NCBI GenBank assembly: GCA_964016885.1
Contig: OZ024761.1
Location: forward strand, 11,904,001 to 11,968,000
Direction of reading: 5' to 3'
From: Eledone cirrhosa
Lineage: Eukaryota
Length of the DNA stretch: 64,000 nucleotides
Made by a program: the position numbers and the translations under genes. This document shows, piece by piece, positions 24,681 to 39,029 of the stretch; the first letter of the stretch is position 1, and every line of letters starts with the position of its first letter. The notes beneath the pieces are model-generated. The model saw nothing but the letters and a program-made list of their open reading frames with translations. It did not search any database and was not told the origin of the DNA.

Positions 24681-26992
24681 ATCATCATCATCATCATCAT
24701 CATCAGGTTTAGCGTCCGTGTTCCACGCTTGCATGGGTTTGGACGGGGGTTTTCCCACTTGAGGCAAGAGTGGTTGTCTTGCTCGCATAGGACTGTCTGG
24801 CGGGTTTTCTACAGTTGGATGCCCTTCCTAACACCAACCACATTTACAGTGCGGGGCTGGGAGGTTTTTACCGTGTTGCCTACACGGCCACATTACAGCG
24901 TGGACTGTCTGGCGGGTTTTCTACAGCTGGATGCCCTTCCTAACACCAACCACATTTACAGTGTGGGGCTGGGAGGTTTTTACCGTGTTGCCTACACGGC
25001 CACATTTACAGCGTGGACTGTGTGTTTTTTTGTCGTGACACCTACACGATCTCATTTGTTTCGGCCTGGATGTTGTGGGACCAACATAACTTTACATTGA
25101 AAGGGGCGGTGTGGATGGGGTGGAGGTGGTGGGACGGGGGTGTGTTTTGATAGAGATGCCTACTGACTGTAGTAGGTTTTTACTTTGTATTTAGGTAAGG
25201 CGGGTCTTCTCTATTACTGAGTACCGCCAAAGGTCTCGGTCCAGTGACATTGTCTTGGAGAGGTGTAAGCGTGTGAGGTCGGAATTTATCAGCTCGTCCC
25301 ATGTTTTTCTGGGTCTGCCTACTCCGTGGCTACCGTCTATCTTTATTGCCCTGCACTTTGTTATACAGCTGTCGTCTTTCATGCGCATCACGTGACCGTA
25401 CCAACGTAGCCTTCTCTCGAGTAAACAACATCTGATCCCCCTTATTTCTAATTTTTTCCTTAGTTCGTTTATGCTTTGCCGTTCACGTATATTACTATTG
25501 CACATCCAGCGGAGCATGCAAGCTTCGTTCCTCTCTAGTCTGCGTATATCCTCTGCCCACAATACCCAGGTCTCACTGCCATGCAGCATTGCTGTTCGTA
25601 TGCAGGCATCGTATAACCTGCCTTTCATTTTTAGGGAGAACCCTCTAGCGGCTAATAGTGGTATAAGCTCTCTGAACTTTTTCCATCCAGTTCTGACTCT
25701 AGCTACTGTACTTTCAGAGCACCCTCCCCCACTGCTGATTTTGTCACCCAGATAACGGAAGCTGTCCACTATTTCTATAGAACCCTCCGCGCAGTTGAAG
25801 GAGCTAGTATTTTGTGGGCACTTGTTGCTACTTATTGCACCAGAGCACCGGCCACATGTAAAATCTATGTTCTTAGTTAGCTTACCTGTGATCCCACTAC
25901 ATCTTTTATGCACCCATACTTTGCATTTGGGACATAAAATGGAGTTTCTACCTACGCCTTTCCTACACACTGAGCATGGCCATTTCCCAGATGGGACCGC
26001 CGCCTTATTTCCTTTCCTACAAACTAGAACTTTAGTCTTAGCCAGGTTAATTTTAAGGCCTTTTGATTCTAGGCCGTGCTTCCATGTTTGGAATTTCTTC
26101 TCTAGTTCGGTCATTGATTCAGCTATGAGCGTTAGATCATCTGCGTATATAGGAGTTCCCATGGGCAGCCGGTCTTGAACTCCTCTGTTATAGCCTGAAG
26201 GGCAATAATAAATAGTAGGGGGCTAAGAACAGAGCCCTGATGGACACCAACTTTTACGCTAAACTCTTCACTATATTCGTTGTTAATTCTAACCTTACTG
26301 ACTGTTTCTTTATACATGGCTTGTATAGCTCTCACAAGCCATTCGTCAACACCTAGTTTTCTAAGAGACCACCAGATAATGGAACGGGGGACTCTGTCGA
26401 AGGCTTTCTCCAAGTCGACGAAAGCTAAGTATAGGGGTTTACTTTTAGCTAGGTACTTCTCCTGTAGTTGTCGTACAATGAAAAGAGCGTCTGTGGTACT
26501 TTTGCCTGACACAAACCCGAACTGCATTTCATCTAGATCAATTCTCTCTCTGATTAGTTGCGCTATTACTTTTTCCGTGACCTTCATGACCTGGTCGATT
26601 AATTTAATGCCTCTATAGTTACTCCTATCTAGGGCATCTCCTTTTCCCTTATAGCATTTAACGATGATGCTGCTACGCCAGTCCTTCGGAACAACCCCAT
26701 TCTGTACGACTTGGTTAACTATCCGGGTGACCATGGTGTGTCCCACCGAACCAGATGCCTTCAGCATCTCAGCAACTATTTCCGAAGGCCCAGCCGCCTT
26801 ACCCGTCTTCATATCTTTGATTGCCTTACTTATTATACTACCTTCAACTAACACTGCTGGTCCCTCTATTGGATCGATCTGGGGGAGACTGTCTTTCTCC
26901 CATTTGTTCTCCTCATTTAGAAGCCTTTCATAGTGACACTTCCAAGCTACCTTCTTATCAGCGTCGGTGATGGCAAGTATGCCATCATCGTT
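24681..26992 (-). mobile_element. 5'-truncated RTE LINE, frameshifted just before YADD
   Basis: ORFs 26132-26854 and 25191-26162 join by a frameshift near 26147; ~110-bp tandem duplication in the 3' UTR. Confidence 0.95.
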
Positions 26993-26999
26993 ATGTATA

Positions 27000-27098
<99 letters not shown>

Positions 27099-27273
27099 GT
27101 ATATGTATATATATATGTATATGTATATATATATGTATATGTATATGTATATATATACGTATATGTATATATATATATATATATATGTATGTATATATGT
27201 ATATATATATGTATATATATATGTATATATATATATATATATGTATGTATATATGTATATATATATGTATATA

Positions 27274-27318
<45 letters not shown>

Positions 27319-27347
27319 ATATGTATATATATATGTATGTATATATG

Positions 27348-27382
<35 letters not shown>

Positions 27383-28113
27383 GTATATATATATATATGT
27401 ATATATATATATGTATATATATATATATGTATATATATATGTATATATGTATATATATATATGTATATATGTATATTTCGTTTCTGAATTTGTTTAGCAA
27501 GATTCTTTATCTGAAATCGTGTGTTGAAACCGATATTGTTATACTTTGGGAGGGTCATGTTGCCATGTCTTATTGGCAACATGACCCTCCCAAAGTATAA
27601 CAATATATATGTATATATATATATGTATATATATATGTGTATATATATATGTATATATATATATGTATATATGTGTATATATATGTGTATATATATGTAT
27701 ATATATATGTATATATATATGTATATATATATGTATATATATATATGTATATATATATATATGTATATATCATCATCATCATCATCATCATCGTTTAACG
27801 TCCATATTCCACGCTTGCATGGGTTTGGATCCCCATGTATATATATATATGTATATATATATGTATATATATATATCTATATATATATGTATATATCTAT
27901 GTATATATATATATGTATATATATATATGTATATATATATATATGTATATATATATATGTATATATATATATATGTATATATATATATCTATATATATAT
28001 GTATATATCTATGTATATATATATATGTATATATATATATGTATATATATATATGTATATATATATGTATATATATATGTATATATATATGTATATATAT
28101 GTATATATATATG

Positions 28114-28146
<33 letters not shown>

Positions 28147-28742
28147 GTATACATATATATGTATATATACATATGTATGTATATATATTTTCTTCAATCT
28201 GTCATCTTTAGTTTTAAGTTGGTTAAAGTTATGATAAATGACAGGTAGATGAAGCCAGCCCCAGGCAAATTATCCAGAATGACCAGTTACTGTAATTAAA
28301 ATAATATTTTTGTTAACAACTTTTGTAAAGCTTTCTGGCCCCAGGGACATTTTTTAAATCTATTTTTCAACATTGGTTTGACAGATTCAGCCATCATCTG
28401 TTGGCACATGCAGTCATCTCTGTGTCTAACAATGGGCTCTCTATTCAACAGACAGGCTACATTCACTGTAGGTTGTTGATTTCTTTAGGGCATTGTCCCC
28501 CATAAACTTGCTCCAGAGTGTCAATGATTTGGCTGCTTTTCCACCCTAGCTTCAACAGGCAGGCTACATATATATACACTGTAGGTTGAGATCTTTGGGG
28601 GCATTGTCCCCATAAACTTGCTCCAGAGTGTCAATGATTTGGCTGCTTTTCCACCCTAGCTTCACCATGTGAGCTTCAACACGCAGGCAACATGTACACA
28701 CTGTATACACTCATTCCAGTACAGAACAATATCTCTCTATAT

Positions 28743-29997
28743 CTAGGGCAGGTAAAATTCCCGAGATCCGTGTACAAGTTCCCTCCAGTGGTCTCTGTCC
28801 TTCATCATCACCGCCATGTCCCGCGTCTCCCAGAGTCCAGTGTCTGTCCTTGGATCAACAATACATGTCATCCTCCCTCTCCGTCTTCTAGTGTGTCTGT
28901 GTAGGGGCTGCCACAGGAGCACTGAGTGCAGTGTCGACTCTGAATGTCGGTGAGCATGTTCAGCTAACCTAGTGTGTCCGTGTAGGGGCTCCCACAGGAG
29001 CACTGAGTGCAGTGTCAACTCTGAATGTCAGTGAGCATGTCCAGCTAACCTAGTGTGTCCGTGTAGGGGCTCCCACAGGAGCAGTGAGTGCAGTGTCAAC
29101 TCTGAATGTCTGTGAGCATGTCCAGCTAACCTAGTGTGTCCGTGTAGGGGCTCCCACAGGAGCACTGAGTGCAGTGTCCACTCTGAATGTCGGTGAGCAT
29201 GTCCAGCTAACCTAGTGTGTCCGTGTAGGGGCTCCCACAGGAGCACTGAGTGCAGTGTCGACTCTGAATGTCTGTGAGCATGTCCAGCTAACCTAGTGTG
29301 TCCGTGTAGGGGCTCCCACAGGAGCACTGAGTGCAGTGTCCACTCTGAATGTCGGTGAGCATGTCCAGCTAACCTAGTGTGTCCGTGTAGGGGCTCCCAC
29401 AGGAGCACTGAGTGCAGTGTCGACTCTGAATGTCGGTGAGCATGTCCAGCTAACCTAGTGTGTCCGTGTAGGGGCTCCCACAGGAGCACTGAGTGCAGTG
29501 TCGACTCTGAATGTCGGTGAGCATGTCCAGCTAACCTAGTGTGTCCGTGTAGGGGCTCCCACAGGAGCACTGAGTGCAGTGTCGACTCTGAATGTCGGTG
29601 AGCATGTCCAGCTAACCTAGTGTGTCCGTGTAGGGGCTCCCACAGGAGCACTGAGTGCAGTGTCGACTCTGAATGTCGGTGAGCATGTCCAGCTAACCTA
29701 GTGTGTCCGTGTAGGGGCTCCCACAGGAGCACTGAGTGCAGTGTCGACTCTGAATGTCGGTGAGCATGTCCAGCTAACCTAGTGTGTCCGTGTAGGGTCT
29801 CCCACAGGAGCACTGAGTGCAGTGTCGACTCTGAATGTCGGTGAGCATGTCCAGCTAACCTAGTGTGTCCGTGTAGGGGCTCCCACAGGAGCACTGAGTG
29901 CAGTGTCGACTCTGAATGTCGGTGAGCATGTCCAGCTAACCTAGTGTGTCCGTGTAGGGGCTCCCACAGGAGCACTGAGTGCAGTGTCAACTCTGAA
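28743..29997 (-). repeat. 81-bp tandem array (~13.5 units) derived from an RTE-like LINE C-terminus
   Basis: Unit encodes RLAGHAHRHSESTLHSVLLWEPLHGHT; array runs into RRRGR...DTGL...DRDHWRELV LINE end. Confidence 0.85.
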
Positions 29998-30225
29998 CAA
30001 TATATACATTTGTAATAAATACATTTAAAAAAAAACAAAACTTTTTTGCAAGCCAAATAACTCCCAAAATATCATACATAGCACAGCATAATACCTAAAC
30101 CCACGCAAACTCATATTATAATACACATACACACAACACACTCACACACACCACACACACAATAATACACACAAGATATAGTTTAATGATATATATATGC
30201 ATGTATGTCTGTGTATGCATGTATG

Positions 30226-30291
<66 letters not shown>

Positions 30292-30509
30292 TAACAGATT
30301 AAAGTTTAAGGCAAAGAATATATATATATTTCATTTCATTTTTCATTTTACATCTGCCTTTTCCCTGCTTGCAAGGGTGCGACATATATGTATATATATA
30401 TATTTATATATATATATAGACATACATCCAACTATAGAAAGCTTACTAAACAATGGGTTGGAGAACCCATTAGATGTGTCAAGGTCATAATCACAAAATT
30501 GAATAGAGA

Positions 30510-30567
30510 AATGGCTTCCCTGATGATTTCCTGCGAATGAAAGAGTTCTAGTCCTGTAGCAGCCATT
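30510..30567 (+). ncRNA. Degenerate HHR, family F2
   Basis: AATGGCTTCC CTGATGA...GAAAGAG ttctagtc CTGTA GCAGCCATT; stem III mismatch. Confidence 0.55.
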
Positions 30568-30865
30568 GCTATACTGAATTTTGTTATCATCATCATCATC
30601 GTTTAACATCTGACTTCCAGGCAAGTTGGGTTGGGTGACCGTATCTTGCTCATATAGGACTGTTCCTGGCTGGTTTTTTACATTTACAGTGTGGGCTGGG
30701 TGGTTTTTGTTGTGTCTTTTAGGCGGCCACTTTACAGTATGGGCTGAATGTTTTGTGGTACCAACATAATACACACACTCAGATATATATATATATTTGT
30801 TTTGTGAGGTTTTTGATATGAAATTGTGTGTCGAAACAAATATTGTTATACTTGAATTTGAATAT

Positions 30866-31305
30866 ATGACCCTTGAGAGGCAAGTGAAATAGAGCTTAGA
30901 GGGCCAAAACTAAACAGAAAGAATGAATGGAATAACAACAATACCCAAACAATACTGACTTAAGAGAAATATAAATAAATAAATAAATAAACAGATAAAA
31001 TAAAAATGGCGTTGACATACAATACAACAGGAGGAACATAATAGTACCACTGATGATGTTGCAGATGTGCAACGAAAGAACTTTGTTAGACTATATATAT
31101 GTGTTTATATCTGTATTTTTATATCTATGTTTATATCTGTATTTTTGACCGTTGGTCAGTCAATGATAAACATTGAGGACCAAATGAATTAACTGTGGAG
31201 ATATAAAAGATACAGAAGCGAAAACCAACCAAACAGTGAGTGTGTTCTGTTATTATTTAGGCAATATTATTACAACAATATGACCCTCCCCAAGTATAAC
31301 AATAT
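30866..31305 (+). mobile_element. Second copy of Penelope-like 3' end
   Basis: Near-identical reverse complement of 9692-10130 including HHR motif. Confidence 0.9.
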
Positions 31306-31844
31306 ATATATTAGGTTATGCAAGAAATGCTTAGGGTTATCCTGAATGCAGTAATGGTTAATTACTACACTAGATAGAGTTGACGTACGGTGAGGGGTTA
31401 CTCAACGAGTTATGGAAGAATAGTCGGAAAATTCAGTTTCAGATCCTTCTGTATTCCGGAGTATAGATAAAGAATGAATAATAACAGGTAGACATTATAA
31501 AAAGGTAGTCGTAGCATTTGAAAATTGAGTTTCTGCAATCAAATAATTATTAATTTGGATTGGCAGTAACAGTAGAGGGTCGGACGCCATGGTTTCCAGC
31601 ATAGTTACGTCCCTTTACGATCTGAGTTCAAATCCCGTCGAGGTTGACTTTGCCTTTCATCCTTACGTGGTCGATAAAATAAAGTACCAGTAATACACTG
31701 GGTAATTGCTGGCCTTGTGCCTAACGTAGAAACAATTATTAATTATCAATTGTACATAGCATGACTAGGCTGTATAACTACTGTTGAAACATTTGTAAGC
31801 ACTTGGAATAAATTACCTTTTTATGATGCCTTCCTGTTATTATT

Positions 31845-31894
<50 letters not shown>

Positions 31895-32359
31895 ATATCA
31901 TCATCTTTGTTTAACGTCCATTTTCCACGCTAGCATGGGTTAGATGGAAGTTGTCCCAATTTGAGTCAAGGTTGGTCGGGTGACCATGTCTCGCTCATAT
32001 AGGACTGTCTGGCAGGTTTTCTACGGCTGGATGCCCTTCCTAACACCAACCACATTTACAGTGTGGACTGGGAGCCTTACACAACCACATTACAGCGTGG
32101 ACTGTGTGTGTTTTTTCTCGTGACACCTACACGATCTCGATCTTGATCTCATTATCTCATTTATTTGGATTGGATGTTGTGGTACCAACTTTATAGAGAG
32201 AGTGGTGTTGGTGGGAGTGGGAGGATAGGGTAGGGGTAGTGGATTGTGGTGTATATTTGGTTAAGAGGTGCCTACTGACTGTAGCTTTCGCTTTGTACAT
32301 ATGTATGTATGTATATATATATATGTATGTGTATATATATGTATATGTATATATGTATG

Positions 32360-32390
<31 letters not shown>

Positions 32391-32411
32391 GTATATATAT
32401 GTATGTATATG

Positions 32412-32442
<31 letters not shown>

Positions 32443-32510
32443 GTATGTATATATATATATCTATGTATATGTATATATATATGTATGTATGAATATATAT
32501 ATGTATGTAT

Positions 32511-32545
<35 letters not shown>

Positions 32546-32579
32546 TTACAATAATCAAAGTTCAGTTTAAATCATTTAT

Positions 32580-32628
32580 TTGCTTACAATTGTTTCCTCC
32601 AAACCGAGGTTTGGATTCTTCGGAGCAA
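32580..32628 (-). ncRNA. Type I hammerhead motif, family F5 (core CCGAAGA)
   Basis: Stem I TTGCT/AGCAA, stem II TCCAAACC/GGTTTGGA, GAAA, palindromic stem III ACAATTGT, GUA. Confidence 0.7.
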
Positions 32629-32639
32629 CTATTTATTTG

Positions 32640-32702
<63 letters not shown>

Positions 32703-32735
32703 GTTTGTATATATATGTATGTATATATATGTATA

Positions 32736-32792
<57 letters not shown>

Positions 32793-33128
32793 ATGTATAT
32801 ATATATGTATGTATATGTATATATATATGTATGTATGAATATATATATATGTATGAATATATATATATATATATTCATACATTCATATATATATATATAT
32901 ATATACGGTTACGTAAGGAAGAAACATTGTTAGCCAATAAAAATCTTTTGATGTTGTAGACGCTCTTCTGTTCTTTTTCATATATATATATATATACATA
33001 TATACATACATACATATGTATATATATATACATATATACGGCTCTGCTCCAAAGCATAGAGCTAATTATTATGCTGCCAATACCTTAATGGGACACGGGT
33101 ATATAATACCTAACTCCTATTAACCTAA

Positions 33129-33176
<48 letters not shown>

Positions 33177-33289
33177 ATATATGTATGTGTATGTATATAT
33201 ATATATATATATATGTATGTATATATATATGTATATATATGTATGTATATATATGTATATATATGTATATATATGTATGTATATATATG

Positions 33290-33320
<31 letters not shown>

Positions 33321-33762
33321 GTATATATATGTATGTATATATATATATATATGTATGTATGTATATATATATATATATGTATGTGTATGTATATATATAT
33401 ATATATATGTATGTGTATATATATATATATATATGTATGTATATATATGTATATATATGTATGTATATATATGTATATATATGTATATATATGTATGTAT
33501 ATATATGTATATATATATATATGTATATATATGTATATATATGTATGTATATATATATGTATATATATGTATGTATATATATGTATATATATGTATGTAT
33601 ATATATGTATATATATGTATGTATATATATGTGTATATATATGTATGTATATATATGTATATATATGTATGTATATATATTATGTATATATATGTATATA
33701 TATGTATATATATATACATATATATAATATAAGATCAAAAGATGGTTAAAGGAGTTCCATAT

Positions 33763-33831
33763 ATTTTATTATGCGCATTTCAAAAACAAACATCATCAAG
33801 CAATAATATTTGTGTTTTCATCAGATAAAAC
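33763..33831 (-). ncRNA. Type I hammerhead ribozyme, family F4 (left arm)
   Basis: Reverse complement of 33922-33990. Confidence 0.8.
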
Positions 33832-33921
33832 AGGAGAACATGATATGAAGGCTAAAATGATATGTTGATTTAAAACTGCACTATCAACAAGTGTTTTTTA
33901 GCCTTCATATCATGTTCTCCT

Positions 33922-33990
33922 GTTTTATCTGATGAAAACACAAATATTATTGCTTGATGATGTTTGTTTTTGAAATGCGCATAATAAAAT
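33922..33990 (+). ncRNA. Type I hammerhead ribozyme, family F4 (right arm)
   Basis: Stem I GTTTTAT/ATAAAAT, CTGATGA, long stem II, GAAA, palindromic stem III ATGCGCAT, AUA. Confidence 0.8.
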
Positions 33991-34115
33991 ATATGGAACT
34001 CCTTTAACCATCTTTTGATCTTATATTATGCATACTCCAGTCCCACAAACTGTAGAGTGCTTCTTATCCGATATCTGCATTGCTTTATTGTACTACAATA
34101 AAACTCACCTCCTAC

Positions 34116-34171
<56 letters not shown>

Positions 34172-34481
34172 GACAACATCCACGACAGAACCCAGTTAGT
34201 AGTGTAGAGGATCGTATGCCGAGTCCTTGACTCGGCCGTTTGTCTAAGGCTTAGCTGGAGCACTGTCCCGCTTCTGCTTACACGTGATAGTGCAGAGGCA
34301 GAGCAGACCCAATATGACGGAGGAGAGGGTGACATGGTTGCTACCAATTACACTCTATCGAGTAACCTCTACTACAAACACCCTTCGGAAGACCCCCAAT
34401 TCGGGGGCTTGTATTCGCGATCGTGTTCTTTCGGTCATTACCCAAGATTCATAGTAATAGTTGACCCCATGAATTTAACCT

Positions 34482-34773
34482 TTAACCCCTTACCATTTAC
34501 ATTACTCTATATTTCCTATTATATTTTCATGGTAAACACTTTATTTCACATCCCGCCGAGGTCAACTTTGCCTTTCATCCTTACAGGGGTCGATAAAATA
34601 AAGTACCAGTAATACACTGGGGTAATTGCTGGCCTTGTGCCAACAGTAGAAACAGTTATTATCTCACATAATATCGAATCTATGAGATTTTGATATTATG
34701 TATTTTGAGAACAATACCTTAACATAAGTGTAAGAAGCCAGTTACAGCCGGTTTAAATGCTAAAGAGTTTTAA
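34482..34773. mobile_element. piggyBac-like MITE with a single internal unit, split by a SINE B insertion
   Basis: TTAACCCCTTACCATTT ... AAATGCTAAAGAGTTTTAA; homologous (inverted) to 7525-8733. Confidence 0.65.
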
Positions 34774-35025
34774 ATGGTCTAAAAAATTCGACTTTTACGC
34801 GAGTAAAAGAAAAATATAGAATTAAGGTTATTACATTTTAGACAACAGTCAATCTTGAGTTATTTCCCTTAGATCATCAGATAGTTCGTTATTTAATAAC
34901 CGGTTACAGAAGGGTTTATTCTTTTAATGTTACGATATTAAAGAAAATCTAACGGAAGGGGTGAACAACGGAGCCAACACCAGAGCAAAAGACAGCAACG
35001 TCGCGAGGAATACCGGGCAACCTCT

Positions 35026-35227
35026 CTAATGATTTTTGAGGCAAGCCAGTACACTCGCAACGTTGCCTCGGGCTGATGGCGAGGCTAATGCAATGGAACA
35101 GCCAAGCGCCTTCGCGAGAATAGCCAGTTACCTCTATCTTTCGAGCCGCCAGTGAAGAGAGGAACCTTGCAGTCAGCGGCCCGACTCCCCCAAACGTCTC
35201 GCAAGCCACAGGCTGAAAAATGTAGCT
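35026..35227 (-). pseudogene. CRE-like non-LTR retrotransposon C-terminal restriction-like endonuclease fragment
   Basis: YIFQPVACETFGGVGP..ARFLSSLA..TGYSREGAWL..ISLAI (frameshift) RGNVASVLACLKNH*. Confidence 0.75.
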
Positions 35228-35445
35228 GACCGACCGGTTACTTACAAATGAATTTCATGTCTTTCTGACCAACACCGTGACCTCCGCAACGAGATATGTA
35301 TGTCTGGGCTGAATTGTGGAAGGTCTCTCACATAGAGAAGCCTGGAGGTGTGTGTGTGTGTGTGTGTGTATATGTGTATGTCTGTGGTGTGGTATGTGTG
35401 TGTGTGGTGTGTGTATGTGTGCGGTGTGGTATGTGTGGTGTGGTG

Positions 35446-35477
<32 letters not shown>

Positions 35478-35716
35478 ATGTCTGGTGTGGTGTGTGTATG
35501 TGTGTAGTGTGTGTGGTGAGGTGTGTGTATGTGTGTGGTGTGTGTATGTGTGTGGTGTGGTGTGTGTATATGTGTGGTGTGTATATGTGTGGTGTATGTA
35601 TATGCGTGGTGTGGTGTGTGTATATGTGTGGTGTGTGTATATGTGTGTGGTGTGTTTATATGTGTGTATACACAATATAAATACGTAGACTACCTCAATG
35701 ATATATGTTTGGACAA

Positions 35717-38700
35717 GGGTCTCCAGTGTGTAGAACCCTGGGTGTGTGTATGTGTACACAGTCTCCGGTGTGTAGAACCCTGGGTGTGTGTATGTGTACA
35801 CAGTCTCCAGTGTGTAGAACCCTGGGTGTGTGTATGTGTACACAGTCTCCAGTGTGTAGAGCCCTGGGTGTGTGTATGTGTACACAGTCTCCGGTGTGTA
35901 GAACCCTGGGTGTGTGTATGTGTACACAGTCTCCGGTGTGTAGAACCCTGGGTGTGTGTATGTGTACACAGTCTCCAGTGTGTAGAGCCCTGGGTGTGTG
36001 TATGTGTACACAGTCTCCGGTGTGTAGAACCCTGGGTGTGTGTATGTGTACACAGTCTCCGGTGTGTAGAACCCTGGGTGTGTGTATGTGTACACAGTCT
36101 CCGGTGTGTAGAAACCTGGGTGTGTGTATGTGTACACAGTCTCCGGTGTGTACAACCCTGGGTGTGTGTATGTGTACACAGTCTCCAGTGTGTAGAACCC
36201 TGGGTGTGTGTATGTGTACACAGTCTCCAGTGTGTAGAACCCTGGGTGTGTGTATGTGTACACAGTCTCCGGTGTGTAGAACCCTGGGTGTGTGTATGTG
36301 TACACAGTCTCCAGTGTGTAGAACCCTGGGTGTGTGTATGTGTACACAGTCTCCAGTGTGTAGAACCCTGGGTGTGTGTATGTGTACACAGTCTCCGGTG
36401 TGTAGAACCCTGGGTGTGTGTATGTGTACACAGTCTCCGGTGTGCAGAACCCTGGGTGTGTGTATGTGTACACAGTCTCCAGTGTGTAGAACCCTGGGTG
36501 TGTGTATGTGTACACAGTCTCCGGTGTGTAGAACCCTGGGTGTGTGTATGTGTACACAGTCTCCAGTGTGTAGAACCCTGGGTGTGTGTATGTGTACACA
36601 GTCTCCGGTGTGTAGAACCCTGGGTGTGTGTATGTGTACACAGTCTCCGGTGTGCAGAACCCTGGGTGTGTGTATGTGTACACAGTCTCCGGTGTGTAGA
36701 ACCCTGGGTGTGTGTATGTGTACACAGTCTCCAGTGTGTAGAACCCTGGGTGTGTGTATGTGTACACAGTCTCCGGTGTGTAGAGCCCTGGGTGTGTGTA
36801 TGTGTACACAGTCTCCGGTGTGTAGAACCCTGGGTGTGTGTATGTGTACACAGTCTCCGGTGTGTAGAACCCTGGGTGTGTGTATGTGTACACAGTCTCC
36901 AGTGTGTAGAACCCTGGGTGTGTGTATGTGTACACAGTCTCCAGTGTGTAGAACCCTGGGTGTGTGTATGTGTACACAGTCTCCGGTGTGTAGAACCCTG
37001 GGTGTGTGTATGTGTACACAGTCTCCAGTGTGTAGAACCTTGGGTGTGTGTATGTGTACACAGTCTCCGGTGTGTAGAACCCTGGGTGTGTGTATGTGTA
37101 CACAGTCTCCGGTGTGTAGAACCCTGGGTGTGTGTATGTGTACACAGTCTCCGGTGTGTAGAACCCTGGGTGTGTGTATGTGTACACAGTCTCCAGTGTG
37201 TAGAACCTTGGGTGTGTGTATGTGTACACAGTCTCCGGTGTGTAGAACCCTGGGTGTGTGTATGTGTACACAGTCTCCGGTGTGCAGAACCCTGGGTGTG
37301 TGTATGTGTACACAGTCTCCGGTGTGTAGAACCCTGGGTGTGTGTATGTGTACACAGTCTCCAGTGTGTAGAACCCTGGGTGTGTGTATGTGTACACAGT
37401 CTCCGGTGTGTAGAGCCCTGGGTGTGTGTATGTGTACACAGTCTCCGGTGTGTAGAACCCTGGGTGTGTGTATGTGTACACAGTCTCCGGTGTGTAGAAC
37501 CCTGGGTGTGTGTATGTGTACACAGTCTCCAGTGTGTAGAACCCTGGGTGTGTGTATGTGTACACAGTCTCCAGTGTGTAGAACCCTGGGTGTGTGTATG
37601 TGTACACAGTCTCCGGTGTGTAGAACCCTGGGTGTGTGTATGTGTACACAGTCTCCAGTGTGTAGAACCTTGGGTGTGTGTATGTGTACACAGTCTCCGG
37701 TGTGTAGAACCCTGGGTGTGTGTATGTGTACACAGTCTCCGGTGTGTAGAACCCTGGGTGTGTGTATGTGTACACAGTCTCCGGTGTGTAGAACCCTGGG
37801 TGTGTGTATGTGTACACAGTCTCCAGTGTGTAGAACCTTGGGTGTGTGTATGTGTACACAGTCTCCGGTGTGTAGAACCCTGGGTGTGTGTATGTGTACA
37901 CAGTCTCCGGTGTGTAGAACCCTGGGTGTGTGTATGTGTACACAGTCTCCGGTGTGTACAACCCTGGGTGTGTGTATGTGTACACAGTCTCCGGTGTGTA
38001 CAACCCTGGGTGTGTGTATGTGTACACAGTCTCCAGTGTGTAGAACCCTGGGTGTGTGTATGTGTACACAGTCTCCAGTGTGTAGAACCCTGGGTGTGTG
38101 TATGTGTACACAGTCTCCGGTGTGTAGAACCCTGGGTGTGTGTATGTGTACACAGTCTCCAGTGTGTAGAACCCTGGGTGTGTGTATGTGTACACAGTCT
38201 CCAGTGTGTAGAACCCTGGGTATGTGTATGTGTACACAGTCTCCAGTGTGTAGAACCCTGGGTGTGTGTATGTGTACACAGTCTCCAGTGTGTAGAACCC
38301 TGGGTGTGTGTATGTGTACACAGTCTCCAGTGTGTAGAACCCTGGGTGTGTGTATGTGTACACAGTCTCCAGTGTGTAGAACCCTGGGTGTGTGTATGTG
38401 TACACAGTCTCCAGTGTGTAGAACCCTGGGTGTGTGTATGCGTACACAGTCTCCGGTGTGTAGAACCCTGGGTGTGTGTATGCGTACACAGTCTCCAGTG
38501 TGTAGAACCCTCGGTGTGTGTATGTGTACACAGTCTCCAGTGTGTAGAACCCTGGGTGTGTGTATGTGTACATAGTCTCCGGTGTGTAGAACCCTGGGTG
38601 TGTGTATGTGTACACAGTCTCCGGTGTGTAGAACCCTGGGTGTGTGTATGTGTACACAGTCTCCAGTGTGTAGAACCCTGGGTGTGTGTATGTGTACACA

Positions 38701-39027
38701 GTCTCCGGTGTGTAGAACCCTGGGTGTGTGTATGTGTACACAGTCTCCGGTGTGTAGAACCCTGGGTGTGTGTATGTGTACACAGTCTCCAGTGTGTAGA
38801 ACACTGGGTGTGTGTATGTGTACACAGTCTCCGGTGTGTAGAACCCTGGGTGTGTGTATGTGTACACAGTCTCCGGTGTGTAGAACCCTGGGTGTGTGTA
38901 TGTGTACACAGTCTCCAGTGTGTAGAACCCTGGGTGTGTGTATGTGTACACAGTCTCCAGTGTGTAGAACCCTGGGTGTGTGTATGTGTACACAGTCTCC
39001 GGTGTGTAGAACCCTGGGTGTGTGTAT
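35717..39027. repeat. 42-bp minisatellite, ~79 units
   Basis: Unit GTCTCCRGTGTGTAGAACCCTGGGTGTGTGTATGTGTACACA. Confidence 0.98.
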
Positions 39028-39029
39028 GA

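Noticed and set aside
23391-27605. Single large composite inverted element
   Set aside because: The two LINE pieces differ by many substitutions and indels; independent insertions are simpler.
26933-28248. Tyr/Ile-rich ORFs here and at 12.5-13.8, 32-33.7 and 56.5-57.7 kb
   Set aside because: Translations of (TA)n/(TG)n microsatellites.
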